From Candidatus Aenigmatarchaeota archaeon (GTDB taxonomy: Archaea > Aenigmatarchaeota > Aenigmatarchaeia > GW2011-AR5): a stretch of DNA of 64,000 nucleotides. Positions 19,914 through 30,181 of the stretch are shown in pieces. Location: contig JAWCLW010000001.1 in NCBI GenBank assembly GCA_039091535.1, positions 11,881 through 75,880 on the forward strand, given 5' to 3'. How positions within the stretch are numbered: the stretch's first letter is position 1; each line of letters begins with the position of its first letter. The translations under genes were made by a program, and so were the position numbers. The notes below the pieces were generated by a model that saw nothing but the letters and a program-made list of their open reading frames with translations, did not search any database and was not told the origin of the DNA.

Positions 19914-20588
19914 TCATCTCCTTTCATGAATAATAACTCCATCTTTAATATGAATCTCTCTCTCAGCAACTTTTGCAATATCTAGATCATGCGTTACAAG
20001 TATGAGAGTTGCACCATCATTATGTATTTTTTTAAATATATTTATTATTTCTTTACCTGTTTTGCTATCTAAATTACCAGTTGGTTCATCAGCAACTATT
20101 ATATCTGGGTTATTTACTAATGCACGAGCTATTGCAACACGCTGTCGTTCTCCACCACTAAGTTGAGTTGGTAAATGATTAATTCTTTTTTCAAGACCAA
20201 CCTCTTTCAAAAGTTCTATTGCCCTATCTTTCCTGTTTCCATCAAAATCAGCAAACCACATTGGGAGTATTACATTTTCTAAGGCAGTAAGTCTTGATAT
20301 TAGGTTGAATGTTTGAAAAACAAAACCAATTCTTCGACCTCGTATCCAAGCAAGTTCATTATCGTCCATTTTAGATGTATCCTTACCCCCAATAAAAACA
20401 TGACCCTTTGTTGGCCTGTCAAGTGCTCCAATTATATGAAGCAGTGTTGACTTTCCTGAACCACTAGGACCTACAATGGACATAAATTCACCTTTTTTTA
20501 CCTTCAAATCTATTCCATTCAATACATTCAATTCTACTTCATCAAGCATATATGTCTTATGAACATTTTTCAATTCAACAATATTCAT
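19914..20588 (-). CDS. ABC transporter ATP-binding protein (MacB/LolD/FtsE-like)
   Basis: Walker [10 protein letters not shown], signature [15 protein letters not shown], Walker [13 protein letters not shown]. Confidence 0.92.
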   Translation of the reverse strand: MNIVELKNVHKTYMLDEVELNVLNGIDLKVKKGEFMSIVGPSGSGKSTLLHIIGALDRPTKGHVFIGGKDTSKMDDNELAWIRGRRIGFVFQTFNLISRLTALENVILPMWFADFDGNRKDRAIELLKEVGLEKRINHLPTQLSGGERQRVAIARALVNNPDIIVADEPTGNLDSKTGKEIINIFKKIHNDGATLILVTHDLDIAKVAEREIHIKDGVIIHERR

Positions 20589-20642
20589 AAGACTTATTTA
20601 TGATAAAAATCTTTTTAAATTTCTAAAATAGGTATTTTTTTC

Positions 20643-21524
20643 ATGTTTGATGAATTAATTAAAACAATAAAAAAACAAAAACCAAAAAAAATATTATTAC
20701 AATTACCCGATGGATTAAAAACAAGGGCAATTGATATATTAAATGAAATCGAAAATGAAAAAATAGATGTTATACTTTCAAATGATACATGCTATGGAGC
20801 ATGCGATTTACGCGAAAGAGAAGCAAAAATGCTTGGTTGTGATCTAATCGTTCATATTGGCCACAACAAATTCTATAAAAATATAAAAACGAAAATTCCT
20901 GTTATTTATTATCCGGGGAAAATTGATACAGGTTTAAATAATATTGATTTCTCAAAAATAAAAGAAAATAAACTTGGTCTTATAACAACAATACAATATA
21001 TTAACTTATTAAAAGATGTTGCAGAATTATTGAAAAAAGAAAATAAGAAACCTATCATAGGTGGTCAAATATTAGGTTGTTGGATAGAAAATGCTAAGAA
21101 AATTGCAAACAAGGTTGATGCGTTTCTTTTTATTGGAACTGGAAAATTCCATTCACTAGGCATTGTTGGAAAAAAGGTCTATGTCTTAGATTTGGAAAAA
21201 CAAAATATTGAAGTTGCTGACACAACAATATTTGAGAAAAGAAGATATGCAAATATATTCAAAGCAAAGGACGCAAAAGTATTTGGAATAATTGTTTCAT
21301 CAAAGTTAGGTCAATATAATATCCAAAAAGCTGAAAAAATTAAAAAAATTATTGAGAAAAATCACAAAAAAGCTTTTATTTTAATAATGGATGAAATAAA
21401 AGATGAAAAATTACTTGGTCTACATTTTGATGCATATATAAATACTGCATGCCCAAGAATTATTGATGATAAATTTTCAAAACCGATAATAAATGATAAA
21501 GATATTAAAGAATTGTTTTTGTGA
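20643..21524 (+). CDS. dph2: Diphthamide biosynthesis enzyme Dph2 (2-(3-amino-3-carboxypropyl)histidine synthase)
   Basis: LQLPDGLK...TCYGACD and conserved Cys triad spacing; 293 aa. Confidence 0.8.
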   Translation: MFDELIKTIKKQKPKKILLQLPDGLKTRAIDILNEIENEKIDVILSNDTCYGACDLREREAKMLGCDLIVHIGHNKFYKNIKTKIPVIYYPGKIDTGLNNIDFSKIKENKLGLITTIQYINLLKDVAELLKKENKKPIIGGQILGCWIENAKKIANKVDAFLFIGTGKFHSLGIVGKKVYVLDLEKQNIEVADTTIFEKRRYANIFKAKDAKVFGIIVSSKLGQYNIQKAEKIKKIIEKNHKKAFILIMDEIKDEKLLGLHFDAYINTACPRIIDDKFSKPIINDKDIKELFL

Positions 21525-21584
21525 AGTTTTAAATAAATTTTGCAATATTACTAAGTTAAGAAAATATAAAAAGAGGTTAGTAAA

Positions 21585-21851
21585 ATGAAAATAGAAGTAC
21601 TTGAAAATGAGAAAGACAAATTGAAAATAGAAATACATGATAATTTAACGCTTGTGAATTTGATTAATGAAAATATATGGAAGCAAAAAGGTGTTGATTT
21701 TTCTGCATATTCTCAGCAACACCCATACCTTTCAAAACCTGTTCTTATTGTAAAAGGAAAAGACCCTAAAAAAATTGTCATAGAAGCTGCAGAGCAGATA
21801 ATCGAAGATGTAAAAGAATTTAGAAAACATTTTCAAAATGTTGTGAAGTGA
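21585..21851 (+). CDS. rpoL: RNA polymerase subunit L (Rpo11)
   Basis: MKIEVLENEKDKLKIEIHDNLTLVNL...FSAYSQQHPYLSKP matches the Rpb11/RpoL fold; 88 aa. Confidence 0.8.
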   Translation: MKIEVLENEKDKLKIEIHDNLTLVNLINENIWKQKGVDFSAYSQQHPYLSKPVLIVKGKDPKKIVIEAAEQIIEDVKEFRKHFQNVVK

Positions 21852-21930
21852 AAGGTTTTTATTTTCCGCAGAATTCTTCAGTAATTATTCATTAACAATA
21901 TTCTCAAAACTCTTATTAAATTTTTAAACA

Positions 21931-22539
21931 TTGTTAGATAATCATTATTTTATGATAAAAAAAGAAATACGCATAATTGCTTGGGACGATTGCAGATTTA
22001 GATTTAAAAGTAAGAAAGTTCGCATAATTGGGGTAATATTCCGTGGTGGTTTATTCTTAGATGGATTATTATCAACAATAATAAATAAAGATGGAAATGA
22101 TGCAACAGATAAAATAATTAATAGTATTTTATATTCACGCCATTACAATCAACTTTCAATAATAATGCTTGATGGTATTTCTTTTGCAGGATTTAATCTT
22201 GTTGATATAAAAGAATTAAATAAAAAAACAAAACTACCTGTAATTGTTGTACAAAGAAAAAAGCCTAACATGAAAAAGTTTATAAATGCATTAAATATAT
22301 TTTCGGACAGCAAAAAAAGAAAAGAAATTGTAAAAAAAGCTGGAAAGATATATAAATATGATAAAATATTTTATCAGAAATACGGTTTAAGTATAAATGA
22401 ATGCAATGAAATATTAAAAATAACATGCACAAGAGCAAATATTCCAGAACCAATCCGTGTTGCACACATAATCGCATCTGGCCTAAGTAGACAATCAAAA
22501 AGTGCATCATTTGTTTTTGAGTCAAGGGGACGAGCATAA
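21931..22539 (+). CDS. DUF99 (UPF0215) family protein
   Basis: IRIIAWDDCRF...VRIIGVIFRGGLFLDGLLST...DGNDATDKII...IIMLDGISFAGFNLVDI matches the DUF99 signature. Confidence 0.7.
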   Translation: MLDNHYFMIKKEIRIIAWDDCRFRFKSKKVRIIGVIFRGGLFLDGLLSTIINKDGNDATDKIINSILYSRHYNQLSIIMLDGISFAGFNLVDIKELNKKTKLPVIVVQRKKPNMKKFINALNIFSDSKKRKEIVKKAGKIYKYDKIFYQKYGLSINECNEILKITCTRANIPEPIRVAHIIASGLSRQSKSASFVFESRGRA

Positions 22540-22543
22540 AATT

Positions 22544-23047
22544 ATGAAACCAAAAAATAAAAAACAAAAATATATTCATGAAATATTTGAATTTATTGTA
22601 GCATTTGTTATTGCTTGGTTATTTTATCAAGGATTGGTATTTGCTTTTGGCACAGAAATGCCTATAGTATCTGTTGTGTCCCAATCTATGTATCATGATA
22701 AGCAGTTTGATATATGGTGGGATGAGCACGGTGAATTTTACGAAAAACTTAATATAACAAAAGAAGAATTTCTGAAATTTCCGATGCCAAATGGTTTTTC
22801 ACGTGGTGATCTTCTTTTTGTAGTTAATGGTGATCCAAGCATTGGAGATATTATTTTATATAATAAAAATAGTATAACAATAGTACATAGGGTGATAAAA
22901 ATTACAAAGGATGGATATTTAACAAAAGGTGATAATAACTTTGTTGCAGATACTCCAATAAAAAGAGATCAAGTTGTTGGTAAAGTAATATTTGGTGTCC
23001 CAATTCTTGGATACCCCAGACTTGCATTATATGCACTTGGGATATAA
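22544..23047 (+). CDS. Signal peptidase I (S26, archaeal Sec11-type)
   Basis: Catalytic Ser box VVSQSM, GDLLFV, IVHRV and GDNN motifs; start at internal Met MKPKNKK (ORF track 22502). Confidence 0.8.
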   Translation: MKPKNKKQKYIHEIFEFIVAFVIAWLFYQGLVFAFGTEMPIVSVVSQSMYHDKQFDIWWDEHGEFYEKLNITKEEFLKFPMPNGFSRGDLLFVVNGDPSIGDIILYNKNSITIVHRVIKITKDGYLTKGDNNFVADTPIKRDQVVGKVIFGVPILGYPRLALYALGI

Positions 23048-23145
23048 TTGTCAAATATAGAAAAATATAAAAATAGGGAATATTTAAAAACTTTTCCTTA
23101 CTAAGTAAAAAGGTTCTATGACTATTGTGGAGAGTGTCTTAAAAA

Positions 23146-23493
23146 ATGAAAACAAAACAAAATATATTATCGACAATATTTTGCGATAAGTGTCATTCGA
23201 TCATGGTGCCCACAAAAAAGGGAAAGAACATATATCTAAAATGCAGAAAATGTGGTGCAGAAAAAAGAAAGGACATAAAGGATATCAAAATAGTTGAAGA
23301 AAGAAAAAAAATAAAAGGTGTTACTATACTTGAAAAAGACGAAACCCCTTTACCAATCACAGATCGTGTATGTCCTAAGTGTGATAATCCAAAAGCATAT
23401 TGGTGGCTTCAACAGACAAGAAGTGCAGATGAACCACCAACACAATTTTTCAGATGTACTAAGTGCAAGTATACATGGCGAGAGTATAAATAA
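23146..23493 (+). CDS. tfs: Transcription factor S / RNAP subunit M (TFIIS-type Zn ribbon)
   Basis: N-terminal CDKC...CRKC ribbon and C-terminal CPKCDNPKAYWWLQQTRSADEPPTQFFRCTKCKYTW. Confidence 0.92.
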   Translation: MKTKQNILSTIFCDKCHSIMVPTKKGKNIYLKCRKCGAEKRKDIKDIKIVEERKKIKGVTILEKDETPLPITDRVCPKCDNPKAYWWLQQTRSADEPPTQFFRCTKCKYTWREYK

Positions 23494-23671
23494 ATTTGAA
23501 ACTATCCAAAATTTTTAATTTTAATAAACTAATTTTTTGAATCTATCTAGTTTTAATAGTGAGTGTAATTCATGATTTAAATAAATATTTGATTTCTATC
23601 GTTTCTTGATATAATTCTCTTCATATTCTCAAAGAATTTTTATTCTTGTAAATAAAAGGAGGGACAAAAAA

Positions 23672-25054
23672 TTATTTTTTCTTAATCTTCTTTATCAATA
23701 CAGGCAAAATTCTCATCATATCAACTATATTATCATAATCAGCAAGCATAACTAAATCTTTTAATTGATGAATACATAATCTTTTGATCTTCATTTCCCT
23801 GCACAATTTGATTATTGCACTTTGTTTTTCTTTTTCATTTGCATATTTTTCAAATTCTCTTATTAATTTCAATACAGTTATTCTTTGACCAGGGTTCGCC
23901 CCTCTTTTATATTTGAAATAAATAATTGGTGGTTTCCATTTGTTATCTAATTCTTTTTTTGCAGTTTCATCTAATTCCTTTTTTTCTGCAAAGTAGTCAC
24001 GTTTTCCAAATTTGTTTTCATTTATTTCACCACAATATTTTCTTATTTTCAAATTCCTTAATATTCGCATTATCGGTAGACCATAAGGGCAAACACTTTC
24101 ACAATGTCCACAATATATACATGCGTTTGGTTTTACTGACTGTCTTTTATATAAATTGATTATCCATTTTTGTGGACCAAATTTCTGAAAATATCCTTCT
24201 AAAGCAAGAAAATAGAATATGTTTATATTTCTCGGGCATCCACCACTCATTGTAACACAATATCCACATGCGTGACAATATTTTTCTTGTCTTATTTTAT
24301 CATTTTCTAATTTTTCTTTGTCATCTTTTTTAAACTCTTTTGTTTTTAATACATTTATAACATCTTCTTCTAATTCTTTTTCTGTATGAATCCCAGGTAT
24401 AACGGTAGAAATTCCATCAAAAGACAAACAAAATCTAATGGCAGATGTTGGATGTGCAATCAATCCACCAGCAAGTGGCTTCATAACAATCACACCTATA
24501 TTTTTCTTTTTACATAATTTTATCAAATCTTCTGATTCTCTTTCATAATAATTAAAACTTGTCATAATTGTATCAAATAAATTTGTTTTTATTGCTTTTA
24601 CAAGGACCGTTGGTTCATGAGATGAGATTCCAATAAATCTTATTTTTCCATCATTTTGAAATTCTTTCAATGCAGAAATTGCCCCATCTTTTTTCAAAGA
24701 CTCTCTTAACATTTTTTTATCTTTGATATGATGAAGTTGGTACAAATCGATATAACTCATCTGAAGCTCACTAAGACTTGTTTTTATATCTTCTTTCATA
24801 CGATCGTATGAAACAGCAGGACTTTTTGACGCAACAATCCATTTTTTTCTTTCATTTTTTATTGCTAGACCAATCTTTTTCTCTGAATCGGTGTATACAC
24901 GGCCTGTGTCTATGAAATTTACTCCATACCTACCTGCTTTTTTGATTATAGAAACAGCATCATTTTCATTTATTTTTTGTATTGGAATTCCACCAAAACC
25001 TATCTCTGAAACAGAAAGATTAGTTCTACCCAATATTCGATAATTCATTTTCAT
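23672..25054 (-). CDS. Aldo/keto reductase fused to a 4Fe-4S ferredoxin domain
   Basis: AKR N-terminus (YRILGRTNLSVSEIGFG) and C-terminal Cys clusters CHACGYC...CP and CIYCGHCESVCP. Confidence 0.8.
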   Translation of the reverse strand: MKMNYRILGRTNLSVSEIGFGGIPIQKINENDAVSIIKKAGRYGVNFIDTGRVYTDSEKKIGLAIKNERKKWIVASKSPAVSYDRMKEDIKTSLSELQMSYIDLYQLHHIKDKKMLRESLKKDGAISALKEFQNDGKIRFIGISSHEPTVLVKAIKTNLFDTIMTSFNYYERESEDLIKLCKKKNIGVIVMKPLAGGLIAHPTSAIRFCLSFDGISTVIPGIHTEKELEEDVINVLKTKEFKKDDKEKLENDKIRQEKYCHACGYCVTMSGGCPRNINIFYFLALEGYFQKFGPQKWIINLYKRQSVKPNACIYCGHCESVCPYGLPIMRILRNLKIRKYCGEINENKFGKRDYFAEKKELDETAKKELDNKWKPPIIYFKYKRGANPGQRITVLKLIREFEKYANEKEKQSAIIKLCREMKIKRLCIHQLKDLVMLADYDNIVDMMRILPVLIKKIKKK

Positions 25055-25299
25055 TATTTTTCACTTTCTTTATTTTTTTGTGTTTTAATATTAATAAATT
25101 TATTTTTAATATCTAAGTTTCTAAAATTATCAAAAAATCTAAATTATTTTTCTAATTTTGGCTAACATCAATTTAAATTTATTATTTTATTAAGATTTCT
25201 TTCTTTTCTTTCCAATAAGTTATAGTTGATAAAAATTGATAAAGCCTTGTTCTTATGTTTTGAAATTTAATATTTAAAATTTTCAAATTTAATATAAAG

Positions 25300-26010
25300 T
25301 TGATATTTATGGAAATCTTATATATGGAAGATTGTTATATCAAAGAATTTGATGCAAGTGTTATAAATATTAATGGAAAATATGTCTTTTTAGACAAAAC
25401 AGCATTCTATCCGAATTCCGGTGGACAACCACATGATACAGGCATACTTGTCCATAATGGAGAAGAATTTAAAGTTATATATACTGCAAAACTAAATGGA
25501 AATATTTCTCATGAGGTTGACAAAGTTGGCTTGAAAATTGGTGATAAAGTAATAGGTAAAATAGATTGGAATCGTAGATATTTATTTATGCGATACCATA
25601 CTGCGTCACATGTGCTAAGTGGTTTAATTAATAGAGAAACAGGAGCAAAGATTACAGGAAATCAAATATCAGAGGATAAAACCCGCATAGATTTTGATCT
25701 CGAGAACTTTGATAGAGAAAAGATAAAAGAATGGGAAAATGAAGCAAATAAAATAATAGAACAAGGACGTAATGTAATACTCAAAATTCTTCCAAGAGAG
25801 GAGGCATTTAAAATACCAGCAATTGTAAAATTGCGTATGGCTTTTCCAGAAAATATAAAAAATATAAGGATTGTCGAGATAGAAGATTTTGATCAGCAAG
25901 CATGTGCAGGAACACATGTAAAAAATACAAAAGAAATAGGAAAGATAGAAATAATAAAAACTGAAAACAAAGGAAAGAACAACAGAAGAATTTATTTCGT
26001 TTTGAAATAG
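25300..26010 (+). CDS. alaX: Alanyl-tRNA editing protein AlaX-M (tRNA_SAD)
   Basis: HTASH and CAGTH zinc motifs of the AlaRS editing domain; 236 aa. Confidence 0.85.
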   Translation: MIFMEILYMEDCYIKEFDASVININGKYVFLDKTAFYPNSGGQPHDTGILVHNGEEFKVIYTAKLNGNISHEVDKVGLKIGDKVIGKIDWNRRYLFMRYHTASHVLSGLINRETGAKITGNQISEDKTRIDFDLENFDREKIKEWENEANKIIEQGRNVILKILPREEAFKIPAIVKLRMAFPENIKNIRIVEIEDFDQQACAGTHVKNTKEIGKIEIIKTENKGKNNRRIYFVLK

Positions 26011-26027
26011 AATTAGGTGTTATTAAA

Positions 26028-26552
26028 ATGAAAAGAAAGATGCATTATTTACTTATTAAAATTATCTTAATGATAATTGCTTTTATTGCTGGATTTATTG
26101 CTAGCACATATTTTTATAAACCAAATTTTCTTGAATATATTGTTGAGAAAGCCGAACCATATGAGATAGATACAACAAATCTTGTACCCGTTAATGTTAC
26201 TATAAATTTTGTTACACTTAGTTTTATAAATGATTGTTATCAAATATCATTTGATGTTACAGAGGATCAGGCTTACTCCATAGCAAGAGGTATGGAAAAA
26301 TCACTTAGTCCAAGACCACTAACTCATGATATAATAAAGGATATAATTGATAATTTTGGAATAGAAATATTATTCATAAGCATAGATAGATATGAAAATG
26401 AAATATATTATGCAAGAATGCTTATGAGACAAGGAAATAAAGTTCTCAATCTTGATTTGAGACCTAGTGATGCCACAGCATTGTCATTGAGACTTGGAAT
26501 ACCAATATATCTAAATAAAGATTTGCTAAAAAATGCTGAATATATTTGCTAG
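26028..26552 (+). CDS. Membrane-anchored BFN-domain (DUF151) bifunctional-nuclease-like protein
   Basis: N-terminal TM; DQAYSIARGMEKSLSPRPLTHDIIKDII matches the BFN core. Confidence 0.65.
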   Translation: MKRKMHYLLIKIILMIIAFIAGFIASTYFYKPNFLEYIVEKAEPYEIDTTNLVPVNVTINFVTLSFINDCYQISFDVTEDQAYSIARGMEKSLSPRPLTHDIIKDIIDNFGIEILFISIDRYENEIYYARMLMRQGNKVLNLDLRPSDATALSLRLGIPIYLNKDLLKNAEYIC

Positions 26553-27322
26553 GTGAATATTTTATGAAAAAAAATATAGTCAAATTGAGAATATCAGATT
26601 TAATTTTTATAGTTATTATTGTATTCCTTATAGGTTTTTTATTTGGTTTAGGTTCTATCCCAAAAGAGATAAAAAAAACATCAGAATTCAAGCAACAAAA
26701 TATAAATGAAACAATAATAGAGATTGGTATACCTGCTGTTGATAGCAAAGGTAATGGTGTTGTCGGAAAACTTGAAACAATTGTTAGACCAGGGACAGGT
26801 TTAGTTTTAGTAAATATAAACAATGTACTTGCACAATATGATACACAATACTCTGGACGTGTGGCAGCAAAGGTTGCCAGCGAATATACAAAAACAAATA
26901 TGAGTAATCTTGATGTTATATATAACATAAAAGTTAATGCATCCATTGTTGAAGGTCCATCCGCTGGCGCAAGCATGGCACTATCAATAATTTTGGCGCT
27001 TGAAAATAAGAAATCAAATCCCAATGTTATGATTACAGGTACAATAAATGAGGATGGCACAATAGGACCTGTTGGCGCAATATACGAAAAGGCACTTGCT
27101 GCAAAAAATGCAAATGCAACAATTTTCCTTGTTCCTCAAGATCAATCAACTCAATATGGATATAAAAGAGAAAGAGAATGCAAAAAATTTGATTTTATAG
27201 AATATTGTAGTATAAAATATATAGCAGAAAAAATTAACATAGGCGAAAGCCTTAATATAACAGTCAAAGAAGTAAGAAACATAGACGATGCAGTTAAGTA
27301 TTTTATTCAAAATTCGATATGA
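26546..27322 (+). CDS. Membrane-anchored Lon-like S16 protease domain protein (no AAA module)
   Basis: N-terminal TM; Lon catalytic Ser motif EGPSAGASMALSI; overlaps the upstream BFN gene by 7 nt. Confidence 0.75.
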   Translation: MLGEYFMKKNIVKLRISDLIFIVIIVFLIGFLFGLGSIPKEIKKTSEFKQQNINETIIEIGIPAVDSKGNGVVGKLETIVRPGTGLVLVNINNVLAQYDTQYSGRVAAKVASEYTKTNMSNLDVIYNIKVNASIVEGPSAGASMALSIILALENKKSNPNVMITGTINEDGTIGPVGAIYEKALAAKNANATIFLVPQDQSTQYGYKRERECKKFDFIEYCSIKYIAEKINIGESLNITVKEVRNIDDAVKYFIQNSI

Positions 27323-28553
27323 TCTTTATATTGTTATCAAGTTTTCTAAAAATATTTTCAAGCATTTCTATGTTATGTTTTATATTATTTTTCATTCGTT
27401 CTTTCTCAGAATTTTTTCCTTGTAATATTTTTTTTATTTTTTCTATTTCCTTCTGTTTGTTTGTTATATCATTTTCTATTTTATTTCTTTTTTCAATATA
27501 TGGTATAATTATGTTATTTAGGATATTTTCTTTTTCATTTATTTGGGATACCAAACTAGAATAATGTTCTTTTATTGATATAAAAAAATCTATACTTCTA
27601 TATAACATAAGTATTTTATTTTTTTCCTTATCATCTACAGAAATCATGCCATTATTTACATAGTCCTTTATCCGTTCAAGTATCTTTTTTATTTCATTAT
27701 TTTTATCAGACAAAAGAAATGTCTCAGTGGATATAATATATTCATTTAATACATCTTTTTCATTTTTTGAAAGATTTATCTCTTTTGTTTCTGCAAGATG
27801 CTGAAGTTTTTTCATTGGTCTAAGTATACTTCCAAATTCTGTATCTATTTGTTGTTTTATTGCATCTCTCTGTCTCTTCAAGTTTTCAATTTCTTTGTTT
27901 AATTCATCTATGTTCTTTTCTTCAATTTTTTTTCTGTTGTTTTCTAACTCTTTTCTTAAATCTATTATTTCTGAAAAAAGTTTTTTTTCGTTATTAATCA
28001 AATCATTTATTTCATTTTCGATATTATTTAATTTATTTTGTATCTCATTAATCCAATCTATGCATTTTTCTGCATGTTCCTTTCTTTCTAATATTGGAAT
28101 ACTAATAACTTTTCTAAAATCGTTTATTTTTCTTTTTAATATTTTTGATTGCGATGCTATTTTGCTCATTTCATTTTTAAAAATAGCAAGCTGTTTAAAC
28201 TCTTTGATACTCGGGTTTTCTACAACTTTCAGAATATTGTCAACATTATCAGTAAACTTTATCAATTCTGAATATGAAAATGAAGGATTATTAAAATTAA
28301 AATACGTCAAACATCTTTCACAATATTTATTTTTAATGTTATTTGCAAAATTATCTTCAATATTTCTCTCCTTTAGTTGTGTTATTAGATTTTTTAGTAT
28401 AGATAATTCCTTAAGCAAATCATCTAAGATTAACTTTATTTTTTTCTCAATTTCGCTTATTTTTCTCTTTGTTTTTTCTTCCAAAAATTTTTTTGCATTG
28501 TCAATTTTTAATTCTTTCTTTTTCTTATTTAATATTTTAAACATTTTTATCAT
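27303..28553 (-). CDS. Coiled-coil K/E/N-rich protein, hypothetical
   Basis: 416 aa, almost entirely heptad-like charged repeats. Confidence 0.5.
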   Translation of the reverse strand: MIKMFKILNKKKKELKIDNAKKFLEEKTKRKISEIEKKIKLILDDLLKELSILKNLITQLKERNIEDNFANNIKNKYCERCLTYFNFNNPSFSYSELIKFTDNVDNILKVVENPSIKEFKQLAIFKNEMSKIASQSKILKRKINDFRKVISIPILERKEHAEKCIDWINEIQNKLNNIENEINDLINNEKKLFSEIIDLRKELENNRKKIEEKNIDELNKEIENLKRQRDAIKQQIDTEFGSILRPMKKLQHLAETKEINLSKNEKDVLNEYIISTETFLLSDKNNEIKKILERIKDYVNNGMISVDDKEKNKILMLYRSIDFFISIKEHYSSLVSQINEKENILNNIIIPYIEKRNKIENDITNKQKEIEKIKKILQGKNSEKERMKNNIKHNIEMLENIFRKLDNNIKIISNFE

Positions 28554-28615
28554 ATTTAATCCTCATAAGATATAATTATAAAAACATTTTTTATTATGCT
28601 ATATAATGTGGTATA

Positions 28616-29413
28616 ATGAAAATAAAAAATAAAATATTCCTGATAATTATACTCCTAATTTTATTAGGTATTTTTATTATCTTTAATACGTCAAATATAC
28701 AAATATTGGAAACACAGAAACTTGTAACAAAGGTTATCGATGGCGACACTATAATTGTTGAGGGTGGACATATTGTTAGATTATTGGGTATAGATGCTGA
28801 CGAGAAGGGATACCCCTGTTATGAGTCTGCAAAACAAAGGCTCGAAGAACTTGTATTGAACAAAAGAATTTTTTTGGAACAAGATAAAAAAGATAAAGAT
28901 CAATATAAAAGATATCTTAGATATGTTTTTCTTGATGATGATAATATAAATCTAAAATTGGTTAAAGAAGGGTTTGTGGTTGCTCATTTTTCAGATGAAA
29001 ACATAAAATATAAAGAAGAAATTATTAACGCTGAAAAATTTGCAATAGAAAACAAGATTGGTTGTAAATGGGGTAATATATCAAAAACTGAAAATATGAC
29101 ATTATCTAGTTTGAAAGAAGATGTTATTGACGCCTGTGATGCAATAAAGTATGTTAATGAAGAAAAAACTGTCAAAGGTAAAATAGTTGATGGCTATAAA
29201 AGTGTAACAAATACTGTTTTTCTTAATTTTGAAAAGCCATATCCAAATCAGTGTTTTACAGCGGTTATATTTTCTTATGATTTAAAAAAGTTTCCTGAAA
29301 ATCCACAAAATTATTATGAAGGGAAAATTGTAAAAATAAGTGGAAAAATAAAAGAATATAAAGGGAAACCTGAAATTATTTTAAGCAATATGTCTCAAAT
29401 AGAAATTTTATAA
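28616..29413 (+). CDS. Membrane-anchored thermonuclease (SNase) with C-terminal OB-fold
   Basis: N-terminal TM; VIDGDTIIVEGGHIVRLLGIDADE SNase motif; C-terminal YEGKIVKISGKIKEYKGKPEIIL OB-fold. Confidence 0.8.
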   Translation: MKIKNKIFLIIILLILLGIFIIFNTSNIQILETQKLVTKVIDGDTIIVEGGHIVRLLGIDADEKGYPCYESAKQRLEELVLNKRIFLEQDKKDKDQYKRYLRYVFLDDDNINLKLVKEGFVVAHFSDENIKYKEEIINAEKFAIENKIGCKWGNISKTENMTLSSLKEDVIDACDAIKYVNEEKTVKGKIVDGYKSVTNTVFLNFEKPYPNQCFTAVIFSYDLKKFPENPQNYYEGKIVKISGKIKEYKGKPEIILSNMSQIEIL

Positions 29414-29416
29414 GAC

Positions 29417-30043
29417 TTATCTCATATACTTTTCTTCCCATTCATCAAGATCTTTTTCATTTAATGGTTTTTCTTTTTTTGTATTTGTTTCTTCTTTATA
29501 TTTATTTCTTAATACAAATCCAAAAATCATACCTATTAATAATCCACTAATATGTGATATATTTGCTATGTTACTTGGGTAAAAAACTCCTACTAGATCT
29601 ATCAAGAACCATATAGCAGCTGCAACAATCATTGGCATTGGCACGCTGTAAACCCAAACAATCATTTTTGGTCTTAGAAAAGTTAAGCAACCCAAAATTC
29701 CAAATATAGCACCAGATGCTCCTAATGTTGCTTCGTAAAAGAATATAGAGGTTATATTTGCTAAAATTCCGGAAACAAGAAACACTAATATAAAATTTTT
29801 GCTTCCTATAATTTTTTCAAGTATTGTTCCAAACAATACAAGCGCTAGCATATTATACATTAAATGTTCTAAGCTACCATGCAAAAATATTGATGTTATC
29901 AAAATCCATGGCCTTGATATAACATCTATTGAAATCAAAATAAAATTTTCAGTAATGAAAGAGAATATTACTTGGATTATAAAAATAATTATGCAAAATA
30001 TAGTGATTATTATTGCGCAATATCTGAATTCATTTTTTGACAT
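29417..30043 (-). CDS. Rhomboid-family intramembrane serine protease
   Basis: GASGAIFGILG (GxSG) and HISGLLIGMIFG catalytic His helix; six TM segments. Confidence 0.85.
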   Translation of the reverse strand: MSKNEFRYCAIIITIFCIIIFIIQVIFSFITENFILISIDVISRPWILITSIFLHGSLEHLMYNMLALVLFGTILEKIIGSKNFILVFLVSGILANITSIFFYEATLGASGAIFGILGCLTFLRPKMIVWVYSVPMPMIVAAAIWFLIDLVGVFYPSNIANISHISGLLIGMIFGFVLRNKYKEETNTKKEKPLNEKDLDEWEEKYMR

Positions 30044-30181
30044 AAACTAAATATTACAATAATGTTTTAGTTCTTTTATTTACAATATTTATTACATCAC
30101 ATTTGTTTTAGTCCTAAAGATAATTTATTTATCTAAATTTCTATACAAATCTTTATTTATTATAAATTAAATATCCTTTTA

